A stretch of 40,464 bases of DNA. Origin: Bugula neritina. Taxonomy: Eukaryota > Animalia > Bryozoa. Position 1 is the first letter of the stretch. Each line of letters opens with the position of its first letter. Where the stretch lies: assembly GCA_964035545.1 (NCBI GenBank), contig CAXIUT010000096.1, forward strand, positions 49,201 through 89,664, written 5' to 3'. Shown piece by piece: positions 13,089 to 25,410 of this stretch. The translations under genes were made by a program, and so were the position numbers. The notes beneath the pieces were generated by a model. It was not told the origin of the DNA. It saw nothing but the letters and a program-made list of their open reading frames with translations, and ran no database searches.

Positions 13089-14136
13089 ATGCCAAAGATA
13101 AGTAGAACTCTTTGTATCTAGGTTGGAATGACATCAACGATTCAGATAGCTCCCTTTCAAGCGACAATGACTAATAGTTGAATAATTCTCCAAAAACTAA
13201 CAATAATCAATCATCATTAATGATCAATTAAAGTAAATTGAAGAATGCATGTATTAATAAGTCGAATTAGGTGATAAATTGAGTTGGTAGAAATTGTCCA
13301 CCCATGAGCGAGAGAATGTATGGCTTTTTGTGCCCAATTCTTTCTATGAGAGGGCTGATGAAGTACATGATATCCTTGAAAATAGTGGGATTTTTTAAAG
13401 AAATATTCGAATTAAAGGAGTAGGATGGAATCTACTTACTGACTACTAAAATGCTAAGTAACTTATAGTTAATGGTTTGAATAAAAATAGTCTTTTTGTA
13501 AGATTCGTCTATTCCAAAAAAAATGAAGATAGTTCGAATCAGTTTGATGGAAAACCTTATAAAATGCAAAAGAAAGTTACTTATGTTGAAAAATCTAATA
13601 AAACTTTAGATATGCATAAAACAGCTTCACTAAATGAATAAAGTCATTTCCATGAAGATAAGCCAAAAGCTAAATGGGTCGAAGAAGATAAAGATTCTCA
13701 AAGAAACCACTATAAACATGAAAATACATTAATATAAAAAGGAAGGTCGCCTCGAGGAACCAAAAATATCAAAGAAGCCAAATCACCAAAAAGATACATC
13801 TAGAAAAATAAAAATGAAAATACATCAACTATCAATTCTGTTAAATCTAGTGACTTGTCTGTAGATCGGAAAGATCAATTATAAGAATCTCCTAAGAAAT
13901 AGTCAATTTTAGAAAATACTAAAAGCAATACAATGATTGAATAAACATCAGAATAAAAGCCAAAAGAGAGATAAAGATAAGTAAAGAGAGATGAAGAGAA
14001 TGAAAGTGATATAAGTTCTGAAGAAGAGTAATTGAAAAAGAAGAAGAAGACAAAGAAGAAGAAGAATAAAAATAGTAAGGGCTAAAAGGTATAGAGAAAA
14101 GATAATAATCCTTTTAGTTATTTCTCAAATTCATGA
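13089..14136 (+). CDS. Hypothetical, largely disordered protein (MPKISWNDINDSD... to ...NNPFSYFSNS)
   Basis: Two 20-nt introns (13102-13121, 13251-13270) give a continuous frame to TGA 14134. Confidence 0.65.
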
Positions 14137-14187
14137 TTTACAAATTTGTATTAAATTTGATTTTATAATAGTAAATTACAAAAGATA

Positions 14188-14938
14188 ATGAAAAAATCAA
14201 AAAAAATAATCAAAAAAGATGAAAAACCACCAATTAAAAATTAAATATTCTCCCAAAATATCTAAACAATCAAAACTATCTCTTTGAAATTCGATGATTT
14301 TACCTAAATATACTAAGATGTTAACATTTCTGACTGCATAAATGAACAATCAAAATACCTCAACATAAAAACTTTAATAAAACTCCTATAAAAACAATTC
14401 AACATATCTTTTCTAAGTATATTAACTCTAACCAAGACAAATAAATCAGATATTTTCTAGAAGATGGACAGATGTGGCTCTCATGTCCAAAACTAAAAAT
14501 GAACATCGGGCAACTAGACTATGAACCATACCAATAACTCAAATTATCAGTCCTTACAGGCAAAGAATACATCGACCCAACCCCAACCCCAACCCCAACC
14601 CCAACCCCAACCCCAACCCCAACCCCAACCCCAACCCCAACCCCCAACCCCAACCCCAGACTAAAATAAAGAAAAATAAAACACGTTATATAAAAAGTAT
14701 TTATAATCATAGATAGGTTCTTAAATGGAGATAATTGTATGCTGGCGTCGGCAACAGAGATAAAATATCACTCGACTAAGGTGCTAAAGTGGTAAACATA
14801 TCAAAGAAAACATTAGACGACTATTTATCTCAAATAAAGAAAGGTAAGAAGTATGGTTTTAATTTTAATTAACATAAAAATGAGAAGATAGGAGTTTTGA
14901 GATAATTTATTCGTAAAATATAAAAAGGAAAAAAATGA
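14188..14938 (+). CDS. Member of a ciliate-expanded HTH-like family, crossed in frame by tract T4
   Basis: C-terminal RLKERKIKHVIEKVLKWRELYAG..ISLDEGAKVVNISKKTLDDYLSQIKKGKKYGFNFNEHKNEKIGVLREFIRK, a motif I recognise from uncharacterised Paramecium/Tetrahymena proteins. 20-nt introns at 14417-14436 and 14697-14716. Confidence 0.8.
14576..14658 (+). repeat. Internal telomeric tract T4 with one C5A2 variant
   Basis: Starts CCCAA; 83 nt; reads (PT)n then PNPNP in the host frame. Confidence 0.95.
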
Positions 14939-14961
14939 TTATTTGACTAATTAAATCATTA

Positions 14962-15696
14962 TCATTGAAGAATCACATTTCTTACTATTTTTTTCTATCG
15001 ATTTTTAAGATCTTTTAAATAAACATCCCATCCATAGATATCTTCTGAAGGACCATTGAGTTTTTGCAAAAATAGCTATTGTTAATTCTACGATACTGTA
15101 GTCAAAAACTAACAAGTATCATCAGGATAATCCGGAGTAAGCAAATCAAAGAAAGCAGATAATCCCTGAGCCTATATCTTATGAATATTATAAGCATTAG
15201 GTTCAATAACAGAAATATTAGTCTCACTATTGTAAGGCAATATTTAATTTCTTATATGCTACTTAGGATAACAATACGATTGCAATCCAGTCTGTTTGAT
15301 GAAATGGTAATCAATGGCAGTTATTTTTATGGATCCATGAATACATTTAGACACTCCTGTCATTTTAGGATGATTATGCCAATCAAATTTTTGTCCATCA
15401 GGAACAATCACAAAAATTAGAGTAAATTTTTATTATCTTTTGATAGGAAGAGCGACAATGCAAGGTGGAGTTTTCATCTATTTCATAATCTCATTTATCT
15501 AAGGAATCCTCACCTTGTTTATCTAGGAACAAAGAAATTTAAAATGGTCGGATTTGGTAAATGATTACTTATCGAAATCATCGTGTTTTGAAGTTATTGT
15601 ATGAATCAGCTTTAGTATATTTTTTACTTTGTCATTTTGGGATAGCTGATTTTGCAACTACTGTATCTTTTATGATTAAGTCCTCTCTATTTACAT
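14962..15696 (-). CDS. ADO: Cysteamine dioxygenase / plant cysteine oxidase (ADO/PCO) family thiol dioxygenase
   Basis: Cupin motifs FVIVPDGQKFDWHNHPKMTGVSKCIHGSI and IEPNAYNIHKIEAQGLSAFFDLLTPDY..C; intronless, 244 aa. Confidence 0.85.
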
Positions 15697-15758
15697 AATT
15701 TTTGAAATATAATAATTTTTTTATAACTTTAAATAATATCGAAAACAATCAATCCTTA

Positions 15759-16655
15759 TCATCTTTCAAAAGATATCTATAACCCTTCCCTTTTCATATC
15801 TTATTTTAACTGATGATTAATATACTATACTTATCTATACTTCTACTTGAATTCAACCAATATACTGAAAAACTATTATTTCTATTACTACTATCCAGAT
15901 ATCTGCTTCTCCATTTCCAATCTCTACCTCAACATAGATATTAGCTGCTAACTTTGTTATTACTATTGCTCTGTTTTCTACGATCTTATTGATTTCGATC
16001 TATGACTGTAATTTTATGCTTGATATATATTCTATTTTATTTGATGTTTTTGTTTGTTTATTCTCTCGTTAATTTATCTTTTCTTTGAATCAAGTTCCTT
16101 ATTTTTAGATATTGTTTCGCATATCTTTTGATCTATGTCACTATCAAGAAGATTAATACTTTGAATTTGCACTTCTATCTACTATATCTCCTACTTAATT
16201 TCATCAAATTAACATTACCTAAATAAAAGATTTACTTCTCGTTTTATTTACTACTTTAGTATCAAATCCGGATTATTTCTCAATAAACTAACTTATAAAC
16301 TCTTTTGCTATATGATCTTTCTATCTTTCTTGATCTACTTCTCAAGTTGATAAGTCTATTCCTTCAATCCCAATATCTACTTGAATACATCATTCTATAT
16401 CTTAGCTAGAATATCTTCAGCACCGATAGATTCTTTCAATATATCGTTCATGTAATGTTGATAAGAAGATAAACTATTAAGATCTCTCAACTATGATTGA
16501 TTTCTATCAGTATTACTATGAATATGTCCATAAATCATTTGAGATCTCTTCACCTGCTTCAACTCCTACAATAATTCTTCATTTGTAGTCTATGCACTAC
16601 CAAGTAACAAACCCACCTTCTCGAATAGATGGCTAGAAGACCTCTACTATATCAT
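15759..16655 (-). CDS. Hypothetical coiled-coil protein (298 aa)
   Basis: Intronless ATG-to-TGA frame, E/K/Q-rich heptads. Confidence 0.7.
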
Positions 16656-16733
16656 GTGTTTTATTTATGAATTAGTTTATGAACAATTTATTTAGAAAAC
16701 AAACATATTAATAGCACGTATAATTGAATATAA

Positions 16734-17664
16734 ATGACTATGAAATCAAAACGTACGCCCCTTCATAATCTAGAAATAACCTTCAAAAATCCATTCGATC
16801 TCATCGAATAAGAAGAAGAACCCATGAGCATGCCCACTAATCGACAAAAATATGTCCCTCCAACTCACAATGTTCACTCCCCACTTCCATTCAATCCATA
16901 TTAAATTAATAAAGAATAACCTCAACAAGCTAAAACAGTCAATACACCTAACAAACAGCCTAACTATTCAACTCAATATCAACAAAATAGTGCCAATTTT
17001 GCCAGTCCTTTTCCCAACTAATAATCAAATCATTCCACTTAAGCCTATCCATCTTCTCCATATCATGCCGAACCGCAACCAGAAAAATAATATGTACTTG
17101 ACTAAAACGGAGATCCTCCACTTCTCTAAGGTACTTTATCAATAACTAAGACATCGGTATAGAACCTAATAAGATAAAAGAAAGGATAATAATGGTAGTT
17201 AAATTTGGACAACCTGACTACGACATCATTCATAACCCAGATCTCTCAGGCCCAATAGCCATAGCTCTAGCACTGGGCTGCCTTCTTCTCTTTGCAGGAA
17301 AAATACATTTTGGAGATATCTATGCCATGTTCATCTTTGGAAACTTGCTTATCTACTTCCTTATTAACTTCATTTCACAAGTACTCTCTTCATAATCTAG
17401 AACTAAATAGTCCCTCTTTACAGCATTATGAGTACAATGGGATACGGCTTGCTGCCTATGCTAGCTCTTGGCCTTGTAGGAGTGTTCTTTTTTCTAAAGG
17501 GAGGGATCGGAATAGCAGTGGCTTTGGCAAGCGCAGTTTGGGCTTCCTTCGCAGCTGGTAACTTTATGGACGTTCTGATACGTGATCCAAGACCCAGGAA
17601 GAGCCTAGTAATCTATCCTTTGTTTTTATTCTATGTGTCATTTACCTTGATAGTGATCTTCTGA
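16734..17664 (+). CDS. YIP1: YIP1-family Golgi membrane protein (YIPF5/7-like)
   Basis: DPPLLEDIGI, DLSGPI, GKIHFGDIY, STMGYGLLPM, LVIYPLFLFY. 20-nt introns at 17131-17150 and 17381-17400. Confidence 0.92.
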
Positions 17665-17738
17665 CTCGATTTAGTTCATTTGATTTTATCATTTTCAAAG
17701 ACATATATACTATTTAGTTCAATTATTACAAAGAGATC

Positions 17739-19760
17739 ATGTAAAAATCAACAAATAGAAAGTTAAACTCATCAAAGCCCAAACAATTTATGTTTAACGA
17801 CCTTGTCACACAGACATAATAAAAATTTAATACAACTGCCAATCAATGGACCTCAACAAATAATCGAAGTAAAAATAGTAGACCATCAACCAACAGAGAC
17901 TACGATGATCTCGATTAAATAATAAATCAATAAATAAACTCTTTATTTATCACTTCCTAGGAAGAAGATGTCATTCGCAATGTTCTATAATTAGCAAGAA
18001 AAGGGGTATTTACAATATTAAATAGAAAATCAATCCAAACAATGCCTTTTAATTGCCTCTAAAAGTAATAGATCCTCAAGCTATTTAAAGTAGTAGCACG
18101 CGTTTTTGGAAATTCGCAACTGAATTATTACATACATCAATGCATATCTATGAAAGACGAGTAGAAAATGTTTTCATTGGAACTAACCGAATGGCAGATA
18201 ACCTAACAAGAAATAATAATGATTAAGAATAAAATTAGTCAAATAGATCTAGAAGTAAAAAGAAAAAGGAGGATATGATGCGTTTTAATATTGAAGATAT
18301 TGAAGAGAATTCAGCTATGTCGATGCATTAAATCAAACATGTTCATACTGAAAAAAAAGATAAAATTAATTTTGATTAAAGTAAAGGGTTTTTCTTATGT
18401 AATCCTTTATTTCAAAAGAAATTGAAAGTTTTTGATTCTAATAATATGAGTGACTTGTTTCTCAATAACATTGAACCCAACCCCAACCCCAACCCCAACC
18501 CCAACCCCCAACCCCAACCCCAACCCCAACCCCAACCCCTTAATAATAAATAGAAGAATCATTATAAGAAATGGAATAAAATTATGACAGACAAATTTAG
18601 ATAGATCAATATGTTGAAGATATAGTAAATAATTTTTCTGAACAAAGTTTCAAGAAATTAGATTTTATTTTAAAAAATAATGAACTTTTTTCATAGATAT
18701 CTCGATTTCATTCTGTAAAAATCAGTGAAATTTTCAATTAAAACCTATAAAATTTTAACTACTACTCTGAATACTAAGCTCTATGTGATTAATTTTTATC
18801 TAATCATAAAGAAATAACAGATCATAATAGTATTATCGATCTTTAAAGCTATCAATATGATAACACTCAATAATCTTCACATCAAAACTATCTCAAATGT
18901 AAAATTTATAGTATTTAGATTAGTTTAAGGTTGAAGAAGATTCAAATAATTTTTTATCTAGTAGAATTCCAGAGTCATAAACTAGAATTCAAAGAAATTG
19001 TTAAGAAAATTATGATTATATTACTGTCATGACTCCTTGGTAATTATAAAAAAAAGGAAATCAACTTCAAGGAAGCAAAAAACAATCAAGAAAAATACTT
19101 AAATCGAAAACAATAAAATCTGTGAAAATTAGTGGTCTAAATTCCTTTTAAATTGATTTTCTAGAGTAATAAACTTTAGAAATAGATGATATCATAAAGA
19201 TAAAAACACAATTTGAACCTGAATCTGTCTCTTAAACTAAGTATAAGTAGAAATATTTACTACCAAAAGTCATGTAAATAATATCTTATTCTAGGAACCC
19301 TTTTATGGATATAGTTAAAAAGAAGAAATAACAGTTAAAAGAACATAGTTAAGTATAAACTCACCTTACTTTCAAACACCAATCATTCCATGACACAACA
19401 ATGAATACGTAAAGCATTTTTACTTAAATTATACCTTAGAATAGAACATAGATGAACCAAGAAATATTTTTACCATAAATATCTGAATAATAGACATAAT
19501 CTCTTGATTTAACCCAACAAGAAATATCAACATAATGTTTAAAAAACCTAAAAATGTATGGAGTAAAAAGTATCCGATAAATAAAATCACAAATCTACAA
19601 ATAATTAGAATAAAAGAAAATCCTTAGAATCAGTTAATTAAATATCAATATATCTCCAGCAAGTATTCTGATTGTTTTTTTACACTTGGTTAATTAAAAT
19701 GATTTGGTAATTCGCTGGAATCAGGATTAAAGTGATGTATAGTTATCGATCAATTGTTGA
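17739..19760 (+). CDS. NCAPH: Condensin kleisin subunit CAP-H/Brn1/barren, interrupted out of frame by tract T5
   Basis: Upstream of the tract: KINPNNAFEL, IYERRVE, NPLFQKKLKVFDSNNMSDLFLNNI. Downstream: C-terminal ISPASILIVFLHLVNENDL. Introns at 18006-18025, 18899-18918 and probably 19274-19294. Confidence 0.8.
18476..18539 (+). repeat. Internal telomeric tract T5 with one C5A2 variant
   Basis: Starts CCCAA; 64 nt; inside the CAP-H CDS. Confidence 0.95.
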
Positions 19761-20046
19761 TATTTTTATCTTTATATTAAAATAATATATATAAATACAA
19801 TGATAGTTGACTTTAAATAATCACAATAATTGACTCTAATTTACTTAATTATCAACAATAAAAGCAAATAGATGACAATAAATCTCATACTTACTCTAAC
19901 ATAAAAGCTCGAAAAGGTAAAGAAATACACTTATATTAATCAAATTAATCATAACTAATAGCTCATATTGCTTCAAACTATTCTTATTTTAGCTTTTATC
20001 TTAAAAATAATATCAATATCAATAATAATCGACATATAGCTATCAA

Positions 20047-21510
20047 TCACTTCATAGGTTCATATAGTTCTAATCGATATTTGATATTTTTAGGAATAAC
20101 CCAAGAATAACTATTATCAAATTCCAACCAATACAATCCTTGATACTGTAGTTTAAGTTATAATTTTTTACTAGTACTTTTATCCTCTTTCCAATACACC
20201 TTTTAAACACTCATTTTACTACCATCAAATTCATTTATTTGTCCAATAGTTTCAAATATAAACTTATTTAAATTTGCTTTTCTTGGAATAATTGATAAGT
20301 TGTCAAAATAGCATATCTTCATATTGATATCGTTCTACTAAAGATAGATATCCAGTTTCAGCACACATTATTCATATTAATTCGAGAAATAGATCTTTCT
20401 TGATAAACCTGCCTTGATATATAGTTCATTATAGCTCAGGTTGATATCGTTTATATTGTTGCCCATCTACATGATCGACTACTAGACTATTTTTTGTCCT
20501 ATTATCAACTACCTAAAGTAGATGAGGTTTTCTAGCTATTCTATAACTTCTTAAAAACCCATGAATTATAAATACTCATAGAATTCTACATATTAAACAA
20601 CCAAAGCAAATCTTACAGCTTTGCTTGTTCTAAGCATCAGATGTTTGACAAGATTGAGTATTTCTCGATGTTCTTCTCTGCTCATAAATTCAAGATATGC
20701 TAGACATATTTTTGTTAGCTAGGTTTGCATGTGTGTGGGAATATGTGGCTGCTTTAGGATATAGTAAATTGCTTTTTTAATGAATAGTAGAGTATTTGGG
20801 AAAGGCATGTTAGTATAAGTACAATTTTTGTATAATTTTTTTGAAGCACCCACTCTGAAGTAAACTGGATTGAGGACTAGATAAATCAGCTAGAAGAGTT
20901 TTGTAATAGCAATTAGTTATTGTTAATTTGGTGGTTATTTATGAACAGGCTCTGATTCGACAAGTTGATTTTTAAACTTCCCAAAAGACTACGGTTAAAT
21001 TTTGATAATTTATTCTTCAACCCAAAATTCTTAAGAAATCAAATCTTTAAGATCCTCATATATTTATTCCATCATAACTAGTCTCTAAAGGACAGTTTTA
21101 GTTTATTTATGAATAAAATTCAAAAGCAATTAGATTTGACTAGAAATAGTGGTAAGTTTACCACTTCTAAGTTAAAAATTAATAATCCAATTAGAAATAA
21201 TTCGATAGAAAGATGTTTTTTATCTGATCTAATTACTAAAATTCTAATTATTCCATAAACAATAACTAAATTACTCGAAAAGAGGCAACATCTTTATAGA
21301 TTAAATCTCTTAGAATGATAAAATTTAGTTGAATAGCTTCAAAAAGGAAGGCGAAGTTACCAGCTATGAATTGTTTATTATTATTTGATTGAGGATTCTT
21401 AATAGATTGTATTATAGTTCTATATTTCTGTATTGAAGAAGGTTAGTCATGTTTATTTTTTATAGTTCGAGTTCAATTGGAGTCTTAACTATCACCTATT
21501 TACCTATCAT
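20047..21510 (-). CDS. Protein with C-terminal GOLD domain
   Basis: Intronless frame of 487 aa ending QGLYWLEFDNSYSWVIPKNIKYRL (GOLD G.Y.L.FDNSYSW motif). Confidence 0.75.
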
Positions 21511-21616
21511 TATCACTAATTAAATATTATTTATCTAATTTTGATAATTTGATTTTAAATTATCATTGACTTTATCTATCTCATTGATATCGTGATGTGT
21601 AATAATATCAACAAAT

Positions 21617-22642
21617 ATGGTTTTTTCTACTCTCTAATCCTGGATAGACACTCTTTGCACTGGCAGCGACTCCTTCATCAAAGACAAAGGATATGATCTC
21701 TAAGTAGCTGAAAATTGTCTCAAACTTAAATCTTTTCTATTAAATAATGCTACAGCCTGTCTCATAGCCATCACGCTAATTATCCTTATGCTAGTCGTGT
21801 CATTTATATTAAGAAGACTAAATAACGATAAAAAGATTTTTGATGCCAAACTACTAAACGTGAAAGTAATAACCCATGACACAAAAATATTTACATTCGA
21901 CTTGCCTCAAGGATGGAACCAAATAGGACTAAAAATAGGATAACATCTAACTTTGAAGTATTATCATTTTTATTTAGGGCTAAAATAAATGGAAAATAAT
22001 AGGAAAGGAAATATACTCCTATCTCTCGATCTGATGTCAAAAGAAATTCATTTTAATTGTTAATAAAAGTGTACTAATTGGGTAAAATGTCATCTTATGT
22101 GAATAATATGAAAATTGGTGATAAAATTAAGGTCACCCTTCCCTATGGACGATTTAATTATGTTGGAAATTCCATTGTAAGCGTCAAAGATAAGTATATT
22201 TTGTGATATATCTAGTAAAAACCAACCTGTTTTGGGGAAATTCGAACATATCTACTTGATTGGAGGCGGAACCGGTATCACTCCTCTGTACCAGGTCATC
22301 CAGTATATTTCTGAAGTCTAGGCTCCAGAAAACAAAGGACCAAAGCTGACACTTCTCTTCGCTAATAAATCAGAAAGCGATATTCTACTTAAAGGCTAAC
22401 TCTAAAATTTCTAGCTAAGCAATCCCAATTTCAAATGTTTCTTTTCTGTAGATAAGGCATAAAAGGACAACTGGACAGGTTTCACTGGATTTATCGACTA
22501 ACAAAAAATCAAAGATACTTTAACAGGCGATATAAATAACACTTTATTCGCTGCTTGCGGTCCCCCAATAATGGTAAATTTGATATAGAAGATGCTGATA
22601 ACAAAATTCAAAATAAATCCAGGACGTTTCTTTAGATTTTGA
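21617..22642 (+). CDS. CYB5R: Membrane-anchored NADH-cytochrome b5 reductase
   Basis: THDTKIFTF, RKYTPIS, LLIKVY..GKMS, GGTGITPLYQ, LLFANKSESDIL, CGPP, plus an N-terminal TM helix. Introns at 21958-21977 and about 22194-22215. Confidence 0.93.
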
Positions 22643-22683
22643 TCATCAATAACCTATCAATACTCATATTATTCTATGAATGA

Positions 22684-23560
22684 TCAATTGATTAGATATT
22701 TCTCTTTGAGTTCCATCTCTTTTAGTTTGCTCATATAGCTGACATGTTCATTCAATGAATGCTCGTTAATGTTTTTGTGATTGAGAGATGATGGACGGGA
22801 CTTGAAGTTGTCTATTTGTTCTTTCATTCGCTATTTTATGTTAGAAAGATACTAAATATAGAGTAAAATACTTTACTTTATTACTAGTAGGCGAGTACAG
22901 CAGCTTGGATGGTTTGTTTGCATGCTTAAACACGTAAAAGATGATCTACTAGAGATTGATTTTTTTATTTTGAAGAATTTTTTGCTTGCAGCCATTTAGT
23001 AGAATCATTCACTACTTTTTGGTAGGCTTGCTTTTGTAAACTTTTATAGTTTTAGTATTAATGACTACCTTTGATTTATTGAGTAAAAGAATTCAAGTTT
23101 TTTTATCTATATTTGATATGAAGTCTACCTTTACTAAATTTTTTAAGCAGCTTTTCTAATTTTTTATAGTTCCTGATCAAATCTAATATACTAATCTTCT
23201 TTATTGGGTCTAAAGGAGTTGAAAATATCTTGACAAATGGACGGAATATCAGATTAATACTTAACTTATTTTTCTTTAACAAGTATTCCATCAAAATATC
23301 CAGCAACAATAAATTGACTTTTATCCAACTTAAGAATAAATCTAACTCTTATGATAACTACGTAGTCATATAGACGTTATCTCGATCCAAAGTAAAACTA
23401 CAAACATTCAATCCTGCCTCAATATCTTTATTCTTCTGTTTTGTCAAGTTTATACCATTATTTTTAAGACTCCTACTCAAAAAATCAAGATTACTATCTC
23501 AAATCATAAGTACACGATGTCCGTCTCTACTGTATTTACTTGAATTGAAGAAATGAACAT
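22684..23560 (-). CDS. Hypothetical protein
   Basis: Continuous frame after removing two predicted 20-nt GT-AG introns (near 23490 and near 22860). Confidence 0.6.
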
Positions 23561-23719
23561 TTTTTATATTCAGATGATTAAATATATTAAAAATATGTCA
23601 AGAATAGGTTCTAAAGTAATTTAAAAAAATAATTACTTTAAAAATATTAATATTGATAGATAGAATTAGTCAATAGTTTATCAATTTAATAATTATTTGT
23701 TACTTATTCTCAAATATCT

Positions 23720-24370
23720 ATGATGCGCGAAGGACCCTACGGCAAGATGAAAATCCCCTCATCGAAACTAATCTAAAAAAGAGACGTAATTATCAAATAA
23801 CTCAGTCAAAGTAGCATCGAGAAAGATAAGGAATCTCTGAAATAAATTTGAAAACAGCAAATATTGAAGAATTAAGACAAAAAGCCAAAGAAATGAGAAG
23901 ACAACTATCCGATAAACAACACTAAGTTATGAACGTAGATAAGATGTATAGAATCGAAGCCTTTAAGAATCAAAATTATAAAAATTAAGTCATCTAAAAT
24001 GATAAAAAATGCTAAGCTGTCAGAATGGCCCTCGCTCACCGTCTTATCGAACAATGTATATCAACTAACATTCAGATAAAAATAACAAATAAAGTCCTCT
24101 CTTCTACAACTAAAACGGATTAAGTCCATTTGAACTCTTACTCCTGCACTACTCCCGCAACGAATCTAACCTCGAAAACATGTATCTATTCTATCACTTA
24201 GCTGCATGATTTGCTTTGTCGATATTCAAATCAACATACATATAGTGTAGTTGCCGTGTGGACATATCATGCATCGAGATTGTGCCACTCAACGTCTACT
24301 ATATGAAAGACAATGTCCTGGGTGTGGACAGGAGATAGTTTTTGCTTAGAAGAAATTTGGAAAGAAATGA
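23720..24370 (+). CDS. RING-H2 E3 ubiquitin ligase with N-terminal coiled coil
   Basis: CMICFVD..LPCGHIMHRDC..CPGC. 20-nt introns at 23786-23805, 24056-24075 and 24182-24201. Confidence 0.87.
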
Positions 24371-24402
24371 TAGTTTGATGATCTGAGTTTATTTATTTTA
24401 TT

Positions 24403-25395
24403 ATGAGCGGGGAAAGAAATAACTAAAGATATCAACCCAAAGCATCATACACTTAAGAAGGTTTCTATAGAAGAAATAACCAAACAAATATGAATTTGTC
24501 TAACCTCTCGCAAAAAGAATCAGTCTACGATAACAAGATGCAAACAAATCCAGTTCATACAGTGTCTGATATGGGGTACAGCACTCTGAATCCAAATAAA
24601 TTCGGAGCTGGAGCAAGTGATTTAATCAATGAACAAGAATACTAGGTATTAGCTGTTTTTTAACTGAATAGATAAAGATAAAAAAACAGGATTTTGTAGA
24701 AAAGATTGATGAATAAATAAGTCCATATTGCCAAAATGAAAGAAGTACATAATGAATTGACATAAGCCTTTGAAAAATGTCAAGAATAGCTATAATTTTA
24801 CAAAAGAAAATGCAGTCAACCTCTAGATATACGCTAATATGTATAATAGATCAATGAACTAAAACATCTGGTCATCAGGTTGTAAGACAAAGTAACAGAA
24901 TATTAAAAGAAATAAAAACGTTACAATTCTGCCAAACAATAAGATACCCATCGCAACTCATCATAACGTAACCAAAGTATCAACAAATTTGCTATCAATA
25001 ACAGCAATTAGATAATAAGAAAATAAAAGCGTTCGAAAACAGTAACAAATAATCAAGGAGATTCCCCGTAATTCAAAAAAGTAAATATAATAGAATAATA
25101 CATAACAAAATATCCATATAAAATAACAAATTTTATTTCACAATTCTTATCGATGGTCTAATGTTTCAGCACTGACGCCCAAACAGCAAAAAAGCAATCA
25201 AAAGACAACCCAAAAAGAAGACTAAAAATCGGCTGGAAATGGATCAAATAAGTAGTCATCGAATGGAACCAATTAAAAAACTATATCTAAAAAATAAAAT
25301 ATTTTCACAACAAATTACATAAAATCTTCAACATCCCCTAAAATAAAACATAATAAGAAACAATCGATATAATACTCAGTGCCATATCTACATGA
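24403..25395 (+). CDS. Hypothetical coiled-coil protein (330 aa)
   Basis: Intronless ATG-to-TGA frame. Confidence 0.7.
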
Positions 25396-25410
25396 TAATC
25401 AATAAATTTA

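Noticed and set aside
18457-18556. Internal telomeric tracts removed as introns
   Set aside because: No GTA...AG borders fit. The nearest GT/AG pairs at T5 do not restore the frame and would delete a conserved CAP-H motif.
21938-21946. TAR=Gln (ciliate code 6), suggested by CYB5R G*H where GQH is common
   Set aside because: A single variable position, outweighed by many invariant Glu sites (SPE, AGQE, AEDR, EVSAK).
22218-22232. AAAACCAACCTGTTT, close to the Tetrahymena chromosome breakage sequence
   Set aside because: Mismatch at a conserved C, lies in the CYB5R CDS, has no adjacent telomere, and functional Cbs is eliminated from the MAC.
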